Shown one piece after another: positions 19,501-29,350 of a stretch of 64,000 nt of DNA (its first letter is position 1; the number at the start of each line of letters is the position of its first letter). The DNA comes from Candidatus Hydrogenedentota bacterium (GTDB lineage: Bacteria; Hydrogenedentota; Hydrogenedentia; Hydrogenedentales; JAEUWI01): NCBI GenBank assembly GCA_034669905.1, contig JAXMOL010000015.1, positions 81,313 to 145,312 on the forward strand. The letters are read 5' to 3'. Both the position numbers and the translations under genes were made by a program. The notes under the pieces are model-generated. The model had not been told where the DNA came from. It did not search any database and worked only from the letters and a program-made list of their open reading frames with translations.

Positions 19501-20373
19501 GAGAATATCCTCGGCAGCCGGGCCTGCCCCACGGTAACGGCCACGCCCGAAGCGGTGCACGCCGCTTTCACCAAGGAAGGGGACCTCTTCAAGGAAAAAG
19601 GCGTGGTCTACAAGAAAACCTTCCTCAACATGGACGACGCGCCACTGTGCGCCCGTCAGATGTATGAAGACTGGGGCCCGGAACTCGGGCTCTCCGAAGA
19701 AGAAGCCACCCGGGCCACGGAAGTGGGCCTTAAGGCCCTCGCGGACTTTTACCAGGCCCGTCGCGATGAAGCACGGGAAATGCTGGACACCCTGGAACGG
19801 GAAAATCGTCTCGGCATCGTGTTGCTGGCGCGCCCCTACCACAACGACCCCGGCATCAACCACGAAATCATGGACGAGTTCCAGAAGCTGGGCTACCCGG
19901 TCTTCACGCAGGACAGCCTGCCCATCGACGACGACCTCATGGAACGGCTCTTCGGCGAAGAAGTGGCGGCGGGCGATATCCAGAGTCCCTTCGACATTAA
20001 CGACGTCTGGAAGAACAGCTATTCGGAGAACACTTCCCGGAAAGTGTGGGCCGCCAAGTATGTGGCCCGTCACCCCAACCTGGTGGGCCTCGAGTTATCC
20101 AACTTCAAGTGCGGCCACGATGCACCCATCTACACGGTGGTGGAAGAGATCGTGGAGAATTCCGGCACGCCCTTCTTCTACTTCAAGGACATCGACGAGA
20201 ACAAGCCTTCGGGCGCCATTAAGATTCGCGTCGAGACCATTGGCTACTTCCTCAAGCGTTACCGCGAAGATATGATTTCGCGGGAACAGAAGCGTGCGGA
20301 GATTGATGCGGAACTGGCGGAGCTGGAAGAAGAACTCAGAAGACCCCGCATGGCGGCCGTGGTCGGCGTGTAG
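16594..20373 (+). CDS. Double BadF/BadG/BcrA/BcrD ATPase (CoA-enzyme activase) plus DUF2229-type reductase domain (PlsA/Ger-like)
   Basis: Two ASKHA activase modules (GLDVGSTTVK..ELGGQDAK..KCAGGTG..KCGVF; GIDGGSTSTK..DVGGQDIK..QCSAGNG..GCAVF), linker CYFCKNHC, then IGMPKVLN, PCFPSK, ACP, ARPYH, FKCGHDA. AAGGAG before ATG 16594. Confidence 0.85.
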   Translation: MGCCSTSSSSSSGSCSTGSCGTSATPAPAEEKTSSCSSGGNCGCATKIVPLPPARPPARETLTFLPTETYPQGLMMGLDVGSTTVKAVVVDPVTDEILWKDYQRHETKQPEKCLELLGEVQAAFPGLAPNSLRVFITGSGGSAVGRHIGARFVQEVNAVSLAVEKLYPDVMSVIELGGQDAKIIVFKEIEGSDSKKKIPSMNDKCAGGTGAVIDKINAKLRIPPEQLSQMGYVGHKLHPVAGKCGVFAETDINGLQKQGVPREELMASLFESIIQQNMSVLTRGHTLLPNVLLLGGPNCYVKGMQECWRHSIPLMWKERNVEVPDRPLDELIKVPDNAQYFAAIGAVEFGKTEVEDDNTMGVYQGTEQLQWYLDVGRIEEKKAAGSTGLVKTEEELATFYDRYTVESWEPMHFEPGTVVEGYIGIDGGSTSTKAVLVDHHKNIVDKVYQLSKGNPIEDTMEVLSDLEAKFAAQGCTLKILGVGTTGYAKDVLKDVLGADVALVETVAHTQSGLHFYPDADVICDVGGQDIKVIILRNGAVKDFKLNTQCSAGNGYFLQSTAQDFGVDVKEYADVAFKAEAMPEFGYGCAVFMQSDIVDFQRQGWQASEIMAGLADVLPKNIWLYVSQIPNLPKLGSTFVLQGGTQNNMAAVKTQADFITSRFHGTGIEPRVVVHKHCGESGAIGAAFEAHRLHTEQGRQSTFIGMPAVHTIQYRTTRDENTRCYFCKNHCLRTFIDVKSDASKQAAAISVDPSTLKLNDSTVSHTRMKRGATEEEKKSPDFESKVPLAEDEQRLIIATCEKGTVEDVADMKQIKKGMDSIKEQYPNLVERSATKSFHAVSVESVADPLPEIRWHHRGKKRAALEARRAIMEQRSKIRIGMPKVLNMYSQAPFFMAFFQSVGIRDRNLVWSDYTSEGLYKEGAKRGSIDPCFPSKVGIPHVHNLLYHKNKPKRPLDYILFPMVDSFPTWLENILGSRACPTVTATPEAVHAAFTKEGDLFKEKGVVYKKTFLNMDDAPLCARQMYEDWGPELGLSEEEATRATEVGLKALADFYQARRDEAREMLDTLERENRLGIVLLARPYHNDPGINHEIMDEFQKLGYPVFTQDSLPIDDDLMERLFGEEVAAGDIQSPFDINDVWKNSYSENTSRKVWAAKYVARHPNLVGLELSNFKCGHDAPIYTVVEEIVENSGTPFFYFKDIDENKPSGAIKIRVETIGYFLKRYREDMISREQKRAEIDAELAELEEELRRPRMAAVVGV

Positions 20374-20406
20374 GGACTCAACTGCCGAGCCTTACAGGTT
20401 TTTTTC

Positions 20407-20456
20407 GTGCCACGCGATGCCGGGTACAACGAGGTTTCGTGTGCATGGAGGAAAGG
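20407..20456. repeat. Dispersed ~50-bp repeat, copy 2 (inverted relative to 1629-1678)
   Basis: Direct sequence comparison with 1629-1678. Confidence 0.8.
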
Positions 20457-20667
20457 AGAAGGCCCCTCTGAAAGGAAGATAAGATGAGGGCGTCCGATTT
20501 CATAGGCACCAAAGACGCCCGAATCGAATCACCTGCCAAGGCACGAAGACCCATAGGGCTCTCCGCGCCAACTTCCGTATGCGCGGTGGCGTAAGCGCGC
20601 TTAATTGCCTTGCCGTCATACAGGCTTCGCGTGCTCCAACCATCACCGGGAGCAAGCTCCCTCAGAA

Positions 20668-20696
20668 AGAGCGGCAGCAAGCTGTCACACTCCAAA
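20668..20696 (+). repeat. REP-like palindrome AGCGGCAGCAAGCTG..CACTC
   Basis: Second copy at 59440-59466 (AAAGCGGCAGCAAGCTGCCGCACTCAA). Confidence 0.7.
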
Positions 20697-20746
20697 GGGG
20701 GCCCAGCGCACATCCACCGGCCAACTTCGTGCCGTCACGGGAATCC

Positions 20747-23700
20747 CTACTCGGCGGCGCCTTCGGAAACCGGCTCTGCAGGGACCCGTTTAAAGATCCC
20801 GAGGAACTTCAGGCACCAGATCTGGAAGTCATCGATCAGGCTGTAAAACACCGGCACGATAATCAGGGTCAACAGGGTGCCCGCCGACAAGCCCCCGATG
20901 AGCGCCCGGCCGAGTCCGGCGAAGGTAGCGGCGCTGCCCGTGTTGACGAGCGCCAGGGGCACGAGACCGAGAATGGTGGTGAGGGCGGTCATCATAACCG
21001 GGCGAAAGCGATCCCCCCCGGCCTTGACCATGCTGTCGAGGCGGCTCATATCCCCTCTACGGACCATGTTGATGTGGTCGACGATGACGATACCGTTGTT
21101 CACGATAACGCCCGCCATGAGGATGCAGCCGATCAAGGTCACACTGTCGAACTGAGACCCCGTAAGGAAGAGCATCCACACCGCACCCCCCAGGGCCATG
21201 GGCACCGTCGTCAGGATAGACATGGGAAAAAAGACCGACTCAAAGAGGGCACTCATCACGAGGTAAATAAGGATGAGGGCCATGAGGAGGGTGCTGATGA
21301 AATTGGTGGAGTTCTCGCCGAGCTCTTTGAGTGAGTCGCCGAAGTCGATGGTATACCCCATGGGCATGCGGAAATCGGTAATCGCCACGGCCAGTTGATT
21401 GCGGATGGCGGCGTAGTCCTCCGTGTTGGCCTGGGCCGTCACGCTGATGACGTTCTTTCCGTTGAAACGGTGAATCGTCGTGGCAGTCTGACGTTTGGTG
21501 AAGGTCGCCAGGCGGCTGATGGGGACGGGCTGTCCGGTGGTGCCGATGACGGAAACTTTTTCCAGATTCTCACGGGACTTTCGATCTTCTTCCCGGAACT
21601 GGGCCCACACCGGGATCTCGCGAAGGCCCTGTTTCATATAGGGCAATCGGGCGCCCCGCATGGCGGCATTGGCCGTCAAGGCGATGGTCTGGGCGCTGAT
21701 GCCGTATTGCTCGGCCAGGGGCTCGTCGATACGAATCTGAATTTCGTTCTTGGCCCGCTCGGCATCGGTGTCCACGTCACTGATAAGGGGCAGTCGATTG
21801 AGCCGTTCCTGGAAAGTCTCGGCATAGCGCTCCAAGGTCTCGCGATCGTCCCCCGACATATACATGGTGACCGTACCCCCGGTGCCCGAAGAGCCCGTGT
21901 CGGTCACGTTGTAGAGCACCTCTGCTCCCGGGAGCCGCTTGCCCAGCACCGTCGACAGAATCTGCTTCACTTCGTCGGTGGTGTAGGGCGGATTCTCGCC
22001 AATGGGGCCATCATCCTCCGTGTAGAGATACACGTTGAAGCTACCGCCCTGGTAGGAATAGAAGGTCATGACATTCTTAATGCCTAATTCGTCCCGACGG
22101 TTATCGATTTGCCTGGCCAACTGGTCAAACAGATGGTTGGCACGGGCCATATCGTAACTCTGGTCGAGCTGCACCTCGATGGCGATTTCCCGGGTGTCCA
22201 GCTTGGGCATATCGCGCATCCCCACCCGCTGAAAGGGGAAGGCGATCGTCACCCCCGCCAGCGCAGCGAGGACCAACAGGGTGGCCAGCCGATTCTGCAG
22301 GGACCAGCGCAGGGCGAGGGCATAGCCCCGAATGATCCGCTCGACGAGGTGGAGCCGGGAGAGCAGGCCGAGAATGCCAGAAGGCCCTTCCTCTCCCCCT
22401 TTCCCCGTACCCAGGCGATGAAACAGATTGGCGTGATCATCCAAACGCAGGCGGCTCATCACCAGCGGCACGACGGTCAACGAAATGGCCAGGCTACCCG
22501 CCAGGGCCACAATAAGCGGAAGACCCAGTTGGCGCATGAACACGGACATGCTGCCCGTTTCCATGTAGTACATGGGCACAAAGACCACCCAGGTCGTCGT
22601 GGTGGCGGCCAGGATGGCGAGGCCCACTTCACGGGCACCTCGAATGGAACCTTCCCGCCGACTCGCCCCCAACTGGCGATGGCGCATGATATTTTCGACC
22701 ACCACGATGGCGTTGTCCACGAGCATACCCACCACGATAATCATGGAGACCATGGTAATCATGTTGAGGGACATGTCGGTGAAAAACATGAACACGAGGG
22801 CCACGACCAGTGAGGTGGGAATAGTCAGGGCCACAACAATCGTGGGCAAAAGACGATGGAGGAATACGAAGAGCACCAGCAGGGCCATGGCACCGCCGTA
22901 AAGCCCTTCTTTCATCAGGTTTTCCAGGGCGCTCGTGATGTATTCCGACTGGTCGAAGAAGATCTTCTGACCGGTTCCTTCAAAGTCTTCCGAAGCCAGG
23001 ATGCGCTCCATTTCCTCGCGGACCCGGCGACAGGTGTGGACCGTGTTGGCCTCGGACTCTTTGGTAATCAATACGAGTGCTCCCCCCTTGCCATCGAGGG
23101 AAACGTGCATGGACTCATCGCGGGTGGCATAGCGGATCGTGGCCACATCACGGAGCCGTTTTCCGCCGGGCGTCACCACGAGATCACCAAGCTGGCTCAG
23201 GCGGTCATACTCTCCCACCACCCGAACAATGTGCTTGGCCTGACCTTCTTTCAGCTCACCCACCGAGGTGTTCAGGCTACTGTCGCGCAGGGTCACGATA
23301 ATGTCGAAGAGCCCCAGTCCCAGATTGCGCAGGTGGTCCTGTTCAAATTCAATAACTACTTCCCGCTCCGGACTGGAAGAGCGCAATTCAATATCCGCCA
23401 CCCCGTCAATACGACGCAGCCGGGGCTCCATATTGCGCCGGAGCAAGTCAACAAAGGAGTCGTCGTCTCCTTCGCGGAAGAGCCCAAAGGCCATGACCGG
23501 GATGGAGCGGGTGCTGAAGCGCTGGAGATACATTTGGTCGATATCGTCCGGCAATACCAGCTTGAGTCGCTCCATGCGATCCCGGATCTCTGCCGAAGCG
23601 ATGCCCATGTCGGTATCCTGGGCAAAGAGCATACTGACAAAGAGACCGTCCGTATTGGAGATAGTGCGGATATCTTCCAACCCGGGCACGGTGCGAAACT

Positions 23701-23914
23701 CCCCTTCCACGGGGATGGCAATCTGCTGCTCCACCTGGGCAGGGGTCGCCCCGGGGTAAGGAATGGATACCCCGAGGAAAGCCGGCTCCACGCTGGGCAA
23801 AAACTCCAGGGGAATGCGGTACCCGGCAATCACGCCGAGGAGCACCACGCTCAGGCTGAGCATGGTGACCGTCACGGGACGTCGAAGGGCAAACTCGGGG
23901 AGGGAGTACTTCAC
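20747..23914 (-). CDS. RND efflux permease (AcrB/AcrD/AcrF family), subunit 2
   Basis: RRPVTV, GMLVDNAIVVVENI, GVIVNNGIVIVD, RFRPVMMTALTT; GTGA overlap with the upstream permease. Confidence 0.95.
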   Translation of the reverse strand: MKYSLPEFALRRPVTVTMLSLSVVLLGVIAGYRIPLEFLPSVEPAFLGVSIPYPGATPAQVEQQIAIPVEGEFRTVPGLEDIRTISNTDGLFVSMLFAQDTDMGIASAEIRDRMERLKLVLPDDIDQMYLQRFSTRSIPVMAFGLFREGDDDSFVDLLRRNMEPRLRRIDGVADIELRSSSPEREVVIEFEQDHLRNLGLGLFDIIVTLRDSSLNTSVGELKEGQAKHIVRVVGEYDRLSQLGDLVVTPGGKRLRDVATIRYATRDESMHVSLDGKGGALVLITKESEANTVHTCRRVREEMERILASEDFEGTGQKIFFDQSEYITSALENLMKEGLYGGAMALLVLFVFLHRLLPTIVVALTIPTSLVVALVFMFFTDMSLNMITMVSMIIVVGMLVDNAIVVVENIMRHRQLGASRREGSIRGAREVGLAILAATTTTWVVFVPMYYMETGSMSVFMRQLGLPLIVALAGSLAISLTVVPLVMSRLRLDDHANLFHRLGTGKGGEEGPSGILGLLSRLHLVERIIRGYALALRWSLQNRLATLLVLAALAGVTIAFPFQRVGMRDMPKLDTREIAIEVQLDQSYDMARANHLFDQLARQIDNRRDELGIKNVMTFYSYQGGSFNVYLYTEDDGPIGENPPYTTDEVKQILSTVLGKRLPGAEVLYNVTDTGSSGTGGTVTMYMSGDDRETLERYAETFQERLNRLPLISDVDTDAERAKNEIQIRIDEPLAEQYGISAQTIALTANAAMRGARLPYMKQGLREIPVWAQFREEDRKSRENLEKVSVIGTTGQPVPISRLATFTKRQTATTIHRFNGKNVISVTAQANTEDYAAIRNQLAVAITDFRMPMGYTIDFGDSLKELGENSTNFISTLLMALILIYLVMSALFESVFFPMSILTTVPMALGGAVWMLFLTGSQFDSVTLIGCILMAGVIVNNGIVIVDHINMVRRGDMSRLDSMVKAGGDRFRPVMMTALTTILGLVPLALVNTGSAATFAGLGRALIGGLSAGTLLTLIIVPVFYSLIDDFQIWCLKFLGIFKRVPAEPVSEGAAE

Positions 23915-26900
23915 GTTGTTTCGGTCTCCGCGACCACATCGGGCTTATCTCGTCCGCCGAAGATATAGTAGATGACGGGGATAATAATCAGGGTCAGGAT
24001 GGTCGCCGAAGTCAGGCCCGCCATGACGGTCACCGCCATGGGGCGGCGCATCTCGGCCCCTTCGCCCGACGCGACGATCATGGGCAGCAGGCCCAGCACC
24101 GTGGTCACGGTGGTCATGAGAATGGGGCGCAGGCGGACGGTGCCGGCCTCTACGATGGACTCCATCTTGGTGAGTCCCCGACGCCGCAACTGGTTAATGT
24201 AATCGACCAGCACGATGGCATCATTTACGACAATACCTGCGAGTACGATCCCCCCCAGGAAGACCATGATACTGAGATCGATGGACATCCAATCCAGGGC
24301 ATAGACCACACCAATAAAGGCCAGGGGCACACTCGCCATGACCAGGGCCGGATGCCAGATGGATTCGAACTGGCAGGCCATCACCACGTATACGAGGAAG
24401 ATAGCCAGCAAGAGGGCGAAGTAGAGGCTGGCGTAGGAGGTCTCCAGTTCCCGGTTCTGCCCACCCAGCTCAAAGTAGTAGCCCTGGGGCCGATTGAGGG
24501 TACGGACCGAATCCAGAATATCGCGCGATACGGCCGCCAGATCGCGGTTGTCGATATTGGCGGAAATGACCACTACGCGACGTTGGTCCACCCGGCGAAT
24601 TTCGCTGGGGCCTTCCTGCAATTGAATATGGGCCACCGACTCCAGGGGAACGACCCCGGCGGTCGTGCCGAGGTTCAATTGTTCGAGCTTGCGATAACTG
24701 TCGAGAAAATTCTGCTCTGCCCGCACGCGAATATCGATTTTTTCACCCGACACACTGAACTTGGTGGGTACGTCACCTTGCAATTCGGAGCGAATTTTGG
24801 CGGCGACCTGGGTAACGGAAATACCCCGGGCAGCGAGCAGGGCCCGGTCGGGATGAATGATGATTTCCGGATAGCCGGGCTTCACGCTCAACTCTGCGTC
24901 GGTTACCCCTGGCACTTTGCTGACCCGTTCCAGCGCCGCCTCACCCAGATCGCGCAAGGGCGCCAGCTCTTCGCCGATGATCTGAAGTTCGATGGCGGTC
25001 TTAAAGCTGAAGAGGGAGGGAAGCTGAAAGGTAATCTCTTCCGTTGGGGCCGGCGTAATCATGGCACGGATATCTTCGATAATGTCGTCCTGAAACAGGG
25101 CCTTCCGCTCTGGATCAACCAACATCACCGAGAAAAGGGCCACGTTCTCGCCCCGCTGGGTAGCACCCCGGGTGCTTTCCTGTCCGACTTCGACGGTCAC
25201 GCGATCGATATCCGGGTGACGGCGCAGGATGGCTTCCACCTCTCGGGCCCGTTGCTCGGTTTGCTCAATGCGGGTGCCAGCGCGGGTTTCCAGCTGAACG
25301 GAAAACTCCCCCTGCTTCATGGGCGGAATCAACTCGCTACCGAGGTCGCGCAGGGTGTAAAAGGCATGTCCTGCCAACAGAAGCGTCAGTAAGAGGATTA
25401 CCGGACTGAAGCGGAGGGCATGGAGCAGGGTCGCACCGTAGGCGGCGCGCAGGGCGTTGAAGGCCAGGTCAAAAAAGCGCAGGGGCAACCAGAGGATGAC
25501 CCGCATCACGCTTCGGATCGCGACATAGATACTCAGGCAGACCAGGCAAACGGCGAAGAGCATGGACACGGCCAACGCGGCGAGCATACCCAGGGCCAAT
25601 TGGCATATCAGGAGGGCCGTCAGCAAGACCAGCAGCAAGGGGAAAAAGAGCACCGCCATGCCGCGACGCCCCCAGCCCCATGTACTCCAGTGGGTGCGAA
25701 TGGCCACGAGCGGTGCGAAGGCCTCCGCCACGGTATCGCGGAAGTAGGTCACCAGATAGGACATACCCCGAGGCAATACACCCATGATTGCCGCAACGCG
25801 TCCCCGGCTGTCACGATCCCGCAATTCGCGGTACGCCCGAAAGGCCCAGAAGGCATCGGAGCCCTGCTGGGCTTTCACCCCCTGCCGGGAGACCACCAGG
25901 GGAATGAGGTAGAGGGCCGTGAGCAAGGACGCCAGGAGCGAAAAGGTCACCGTGAGCGCCAGGTCGCCAAAGAGCTGCCCGGCGATGCCCTCCACAAAGG
26001 TAATGGGCATGAAGACGCAGATGGTCGTCAGGGTGGAGGCCGTTACGGCACTCGCCACCTCCCGGGTGCCCCGCTCGGCCGCATCCACGGGGCTGTCGCC
26101 TTCTTCGCGACAACGAAAAATACTTTCGAGCACGACGATGGAGTTGTCCACCAACATACCCACCCCAAGGGCCAGGCCACCGAGCGACATGATATTGAGG
26201 GAGATGTCGCGCATAAACAGGGGTACGAAAGTGGCCACCACCGAAATGGGGATGGCAAAACCGATAATCATGGTGCTCTTCAACTCGCGGAGAAATACGA
26301 AGAGCACCATCAGGGCCAAGACGCCGCCGATAATGGTCGCGTCTTTCACTTCTTCAATAGAGCCCTGGATAAAGCGGGACTGATCGCTAATCAGGGTCAG
26401 TTCGATATCGTCGGGAAGCTCATCAAGCAGGCTGTAGCGATCCAGTTCCTGCCGTATCGGCTTTCCGGATTCGAGTTGCTTCTTCCGCAACTCCTCTTGC
26501 ACGTTGGCAACGAGTTGCTCCATGAAACTGAGCTTTCGCTCGAAGCCCAACAGATCCTTTACCTGGTTACAGACTTCAACCGTGTTGGCATCACCCTCTT
26601 TGAAAATCTCGAGCCCGACGGCCTCTCGTCCATTGATGCGGACGACTGTTTCCCGCTCTTTGGTCCCCATGAAGACTTCGGCGATGTCGGCAAGCCGCAC
26701 GGGCTGCCCATTGGCGGAGGTAATGATGGCATCGTGAATCTCTTCGACGCTGCGGTACTCGTTATAGGTACGAACGAGATATTCTGAGCGGCCTTCTTTG
26801 AGTTGTCCGCTGGACTGGCTGATATTCTGCTGGGCCAGGCTGTTGCCCACCATTTCCATGGTAAGGCCGAGGGCCTTCACCCGCTGGGGATCCACGAGGA

Positions 26901-27522
26901 CCTGTACTTCGGCCTCCTGCCCGCCTTTTACCAGGACCTGCGCGATGCCGGCCTTGGCCTCGAGGTCGCTCTTCAGATGGCGCTCCGTCGCATCACGAAT
27001 CAGGGTAAGCAGGGCCTCGTATTCTTCCTGACTCTGGGCATTGGCACTGCCTGCGCGCACTTCCGGCACCGTGATGGCCACCTGCATCACCGGATCCAGG
27101 GTGGGGTCGAAGCGGAGAATGACGGGTTTTTCGGTCACTTCCTGGGGCGCCGCAAAGAGGTCCAGACGATCCCGGACGTCCTGCTGGGCCATGTTCATGT
27201 CGGTGTCCCAGGTGAACTCCATGATAATTTCAGAGAGCCCGGCGGAGGACACACTGCTGATTTCCACCAGCCCGCTGACGATACTGAGCATTTCCTCGAG
27301 CGGGCGGGTGACCAGGTTCTCCACGACCTCGGGAGCCGCCCCTTCATACTCGGTCCGCACGGTCAGCGTGGGATAGTCGATATCCGGCATGAGGTTGATG
27401 GGCAACTGCTGGTAGGAACGCACGCCAAAGACGATGAGCGTGAGGAAAATCATGGCCGTGGTGACGGGCCGCCGAATCGCCAGGCGATACTTGGAAGTCG
27501 AGGACTGTGGTTCTTCGGTCAT
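23911..27522 (-). CDS. RND efflux permease (AcrB/AcrD/AcrF family), subunit 1, with insertions
   Basis: RRPVTT, GMLVDNSIVVLESI, GIVVNDAIVLVD, RLRPILMTT; start placed at ATG 27522. Confidence 0.95.
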   Translation of the reverse strand: MTEEPQSSTSKYRLAIRRPVTTAMIFLTLIVFGVRSYQQLPINLMPDIDYPTLTVRTEYEGAAPEVVENLVTRPLEEMLSIVSGLVEISSVSSAGLSEIIMEFTWDTDMNMAQQDVRDRLDLFAAPQEVTEKPVILRFDPTLDPVMQVAITVPEVRAGSANAQSQEEYEALLTLIRDATERHLKSDLEAKAGIAQVLVKGGQEAEVQVLVDPQRVKALGLTMEMVGNSLAQQNISQSSGQLKEGRSEYLVRTYNEYRSVEEIHDAIITSANGQPVRLADIAEVFMGTKERETVVRINGREAVGLEIFKEGDANTVEVCNQVKDLLGFERKLSFMEQLVANVQEELRKKQLESGKPIRQELDRYSLLDELPDDIELTLISDQSRFIQGSIEEVKDATIIGGVLALMVLFVFLRELKSTMIIGFAIPISVVATFVPLFMRDISLNIMSLGGLALGVGMLVDNSIVVLESIFRCREEGDSPVDAAERGTREVASAVTASTLTTICVFMPITFVEGIAGQLFGDLALTVTFSLLASLLTALYLIPLVVSRQGVKAQQGSDAFWAFRAYRELRDRDSRGRVAAIMGVLPRGMSYLVTYFRDTVAEAFAPLVAIRTHWSTWGWGRRGMAVLFFPLLLVLLTALLICQLALGMLAALAVSMLFAVCLVCLSIYVAIRSVMRVILWLPLRFFDLAFNALRAAYGATLLHALRFSPVILLLTLLLAGHAFYTLRDLGSELIPPMKQGEFSVQLETRAGTRIEQTEQRAREVEAILRRHPDIDRVTVEVGQESTRGATQRGENVALFSVMLVDPERKALFQDDIIEDIRAMITPAPTEEITFQLPSLFSFKTAIELQIIGEELAPLRDLGEAALERVSKVPGVTDAELSVKPGYPEIIIHPDRALLAARGISVTQVAAKIRSELQGDVPTKFSVSGEKIDIRVRAEQNFLDSYRKLEQLNLGTTAGVVPLESVAHIQLQEGPSEIRRVDQRRVVVISANIDNRDLAAVSRDILDSVRTLNRPQGYYFELGGQNRELETSYASLYFALLLAIFLVYVVMACQFESIWHPALVMASVPLAFIGVVYALDWMSIDLSIMVFLGGIVLAGIVVNDAIVLVDYINQLRRRGLTKMESIVEAGTVRLRPILMTTVTTVLGLLPMIVASGEGAEMRRPMAVTVMAGLTSATILTLIIIPVIYYIFGGRDKPDVVAETETT

Positions 27523-27642
27523 GGGGGTCCTGTACGATTCGAGAGAGTCCGGGAGACATGACACCGCGGTCTGGTACGCCCCGAGAAATCAGGCGGACAC
27601 GGCAGTCAGGTTAGAGTAAGCAGGTTGCAATCGGAATGCCCG

Positions 27643-28905
27643 TCAGGGGCCACGCCGCCGGGGTTTCTGGCCGGCGCCCTCCGATTCCGATTCAGCGCGT
27701 TTCTTTGCCGTTTCCAGGGCCTCATCGGCCCCCAGCGATTCCTTGGATGCGAGCGACTCTTCAATGGAACTGATTTCCACGGCATCGCCATCATTGACGG
27801 TCTGCTGGCCCAGGGTAATCACCCGATCATCGGGGGCCACGCCCGAAAGGATTTCCGTATAATCACTGTCCGACAAGCCCACCTCCACTTCAACCCGTGT
27901 GGCAATCCAACGGTCATCCGCCCCTTCCGGCATCTCGCTGGCCGGCGCCGCGGCCTCGCCCCCTTCTGCCTCATCCGAGGGCGTCTCAGCAGACGCGGGC
28001 TTCACGAGCATGACGTAACGCCGGGTATTGTCTTCGATGATGGCGTCTTTGGGAACGGCCAGGGTGTCTTCGCGCGTGTCCATCACCAGCCGATACCGGG
28101 CAAAGGCGGCTTCGCGCAGGTACTTGTGATCCTTCGCATCAAAATCGAGGATGACCTTGATGGCACTGCTCTGCAGATCGACGCCCGGATTGATCCGGCG
28201 TACGGTGGCCTTGAATTCACGGTCCCCGGCCGAATCAATACTGACAAAGGCCTCCTGCCCAACCCGCAGGCGCGGCAGATAGCGTTCGTTCACATTAATA
28301 GGTAAAACGTAGGAGGCGGGATCCACAATAGTAAACGCGGGAGTTCCGGAACTCACCAACATGCCCTGCTGCAAACTGCGCTGGGTAACGACCCCATTGA
28401 TGGGGGCCCGAATGGTCAGGTGGGTCAGCTGTACTTCCTGCACATCGAGGGAAGCCTTGGCCTGCTCGTAGCTGAACTTGGCGTTATCCCGCTCGGCCGG
28501 GCTTACGATACCCTCGCGAAGCCCACCCTCGGCCCGTTCATAGGCAATCTTCTGCTGGGCCACGTTGACCCGGGATTGGCGCACCTGGGCCTCCATCTCG
28601 GCCCGGTCCAACTCGGCGAGCACCTGGCCTTTCTTGACCCGGTCGCCTTCTTCCACCTTGATGGTAAGACAGTGGCCCGTGCCCTTGGCCACAACTTCGA
28701 CCTGATCTTCTGCCGTGATGCGCCCCGTTTCCGACAAGTACTCGGAGATATCCCGGCGCGTCGGCTGCTCGGCTTCCACCAGGGCCACGGCACGGACGGG
28801 CGCCTCAGCGATCTTCGCATCCACTTTGCCGTCACTGTCTTTATTGCAGCCCGTTGCCACAACAAGCACCCCGAAAAGTGCTAAAGCTCGATAAATGCTA
28901 CGCAT
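27643..28905 (-). CDS. RND periplasmic adaptor (membrane fusion protein), lipoprotein
   Basis: Lipobox VATGC, VEEGDRVKKGQVLAELD and IRAPINGVV lipoyl halves, helical hairpin. Confidence 0.93.
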   Translation of the reverse strand: MRSIYRALALFGVLVVATGCNKDSDGKVDAKIAEAPVRAVALVEAEQPTRRDISEYLSETGRITAEDQVEVVAKGTGHCLTIKVEEGDRVKKGQVLAELDRAEMEAQVRQSRVNVAQQKIAYERAEGGLREGIVSPAERDNAKFSYEQAKASLDVQEVQLTHLTIRAPINGVVTQRSLQQGMLVSSGTPAFTIVDPASYVLPINVNERYLPRLRVGQEAFVSIDSAGDREFKATVRRINPGVDLQSSAIKVILDFDAKDHKYLREAAFARYRLVMDTREDTLAVPKDAIIEDNTRRYVMLVKPASAETPSDEAEGGEAAAPASEMPEGADDRWIATRVEVEVGLSDSDYTEILSGVAPDDRVITLGQQTVNDGDAVEISSIEESLASKESLGADEALETAKKRAESESEGAGQKPRRRGP

Positions 28906-29350
28906 GCGCGATCATATTCCTTTCGAAAATCGACCCAAGACCTGTATGATATGAGGAGGTCCGATGGGGTGGTCGTGGGTGGCCATTGGACTCATGGTTT
29001 TGGAAGGAGGTTGCACACGGCACACGCCCTACCCTACTCTAGGGGTGTGAGACTGTTACACGACCACCAGCCTCACCTCCACGTATATAGTGGAAGGGCT
29101 GTTACACCCTGGGCCGTGCATTGCTTCTCGTGTCTGGTTAATTATACCAGCAATACGCGTGAAGTGTGCAATCAGTCCACGGCTTTTCTTATGATAGGAA
29201 TGGGAGAGGTGGGCTTTCGCAAGGAGGCCCTCCGAATATATTGTTGACACGGAACTGCTAAAATGGCATGATGCCAGCATGAATTTTGATACCTGTCTGG
29301 GCCAGTGGGGCCCGATCGCGCTTTTTCGGCGGAAGCAAGGAGTCTTTTGC

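Noticed and set aside
16786..20073. 1095-aa antisense ORF
   Set aside because: Shadow of the plsA-like gene; stop-poor antisense frames are expected with strong GC3 bias, and it has no motifs.
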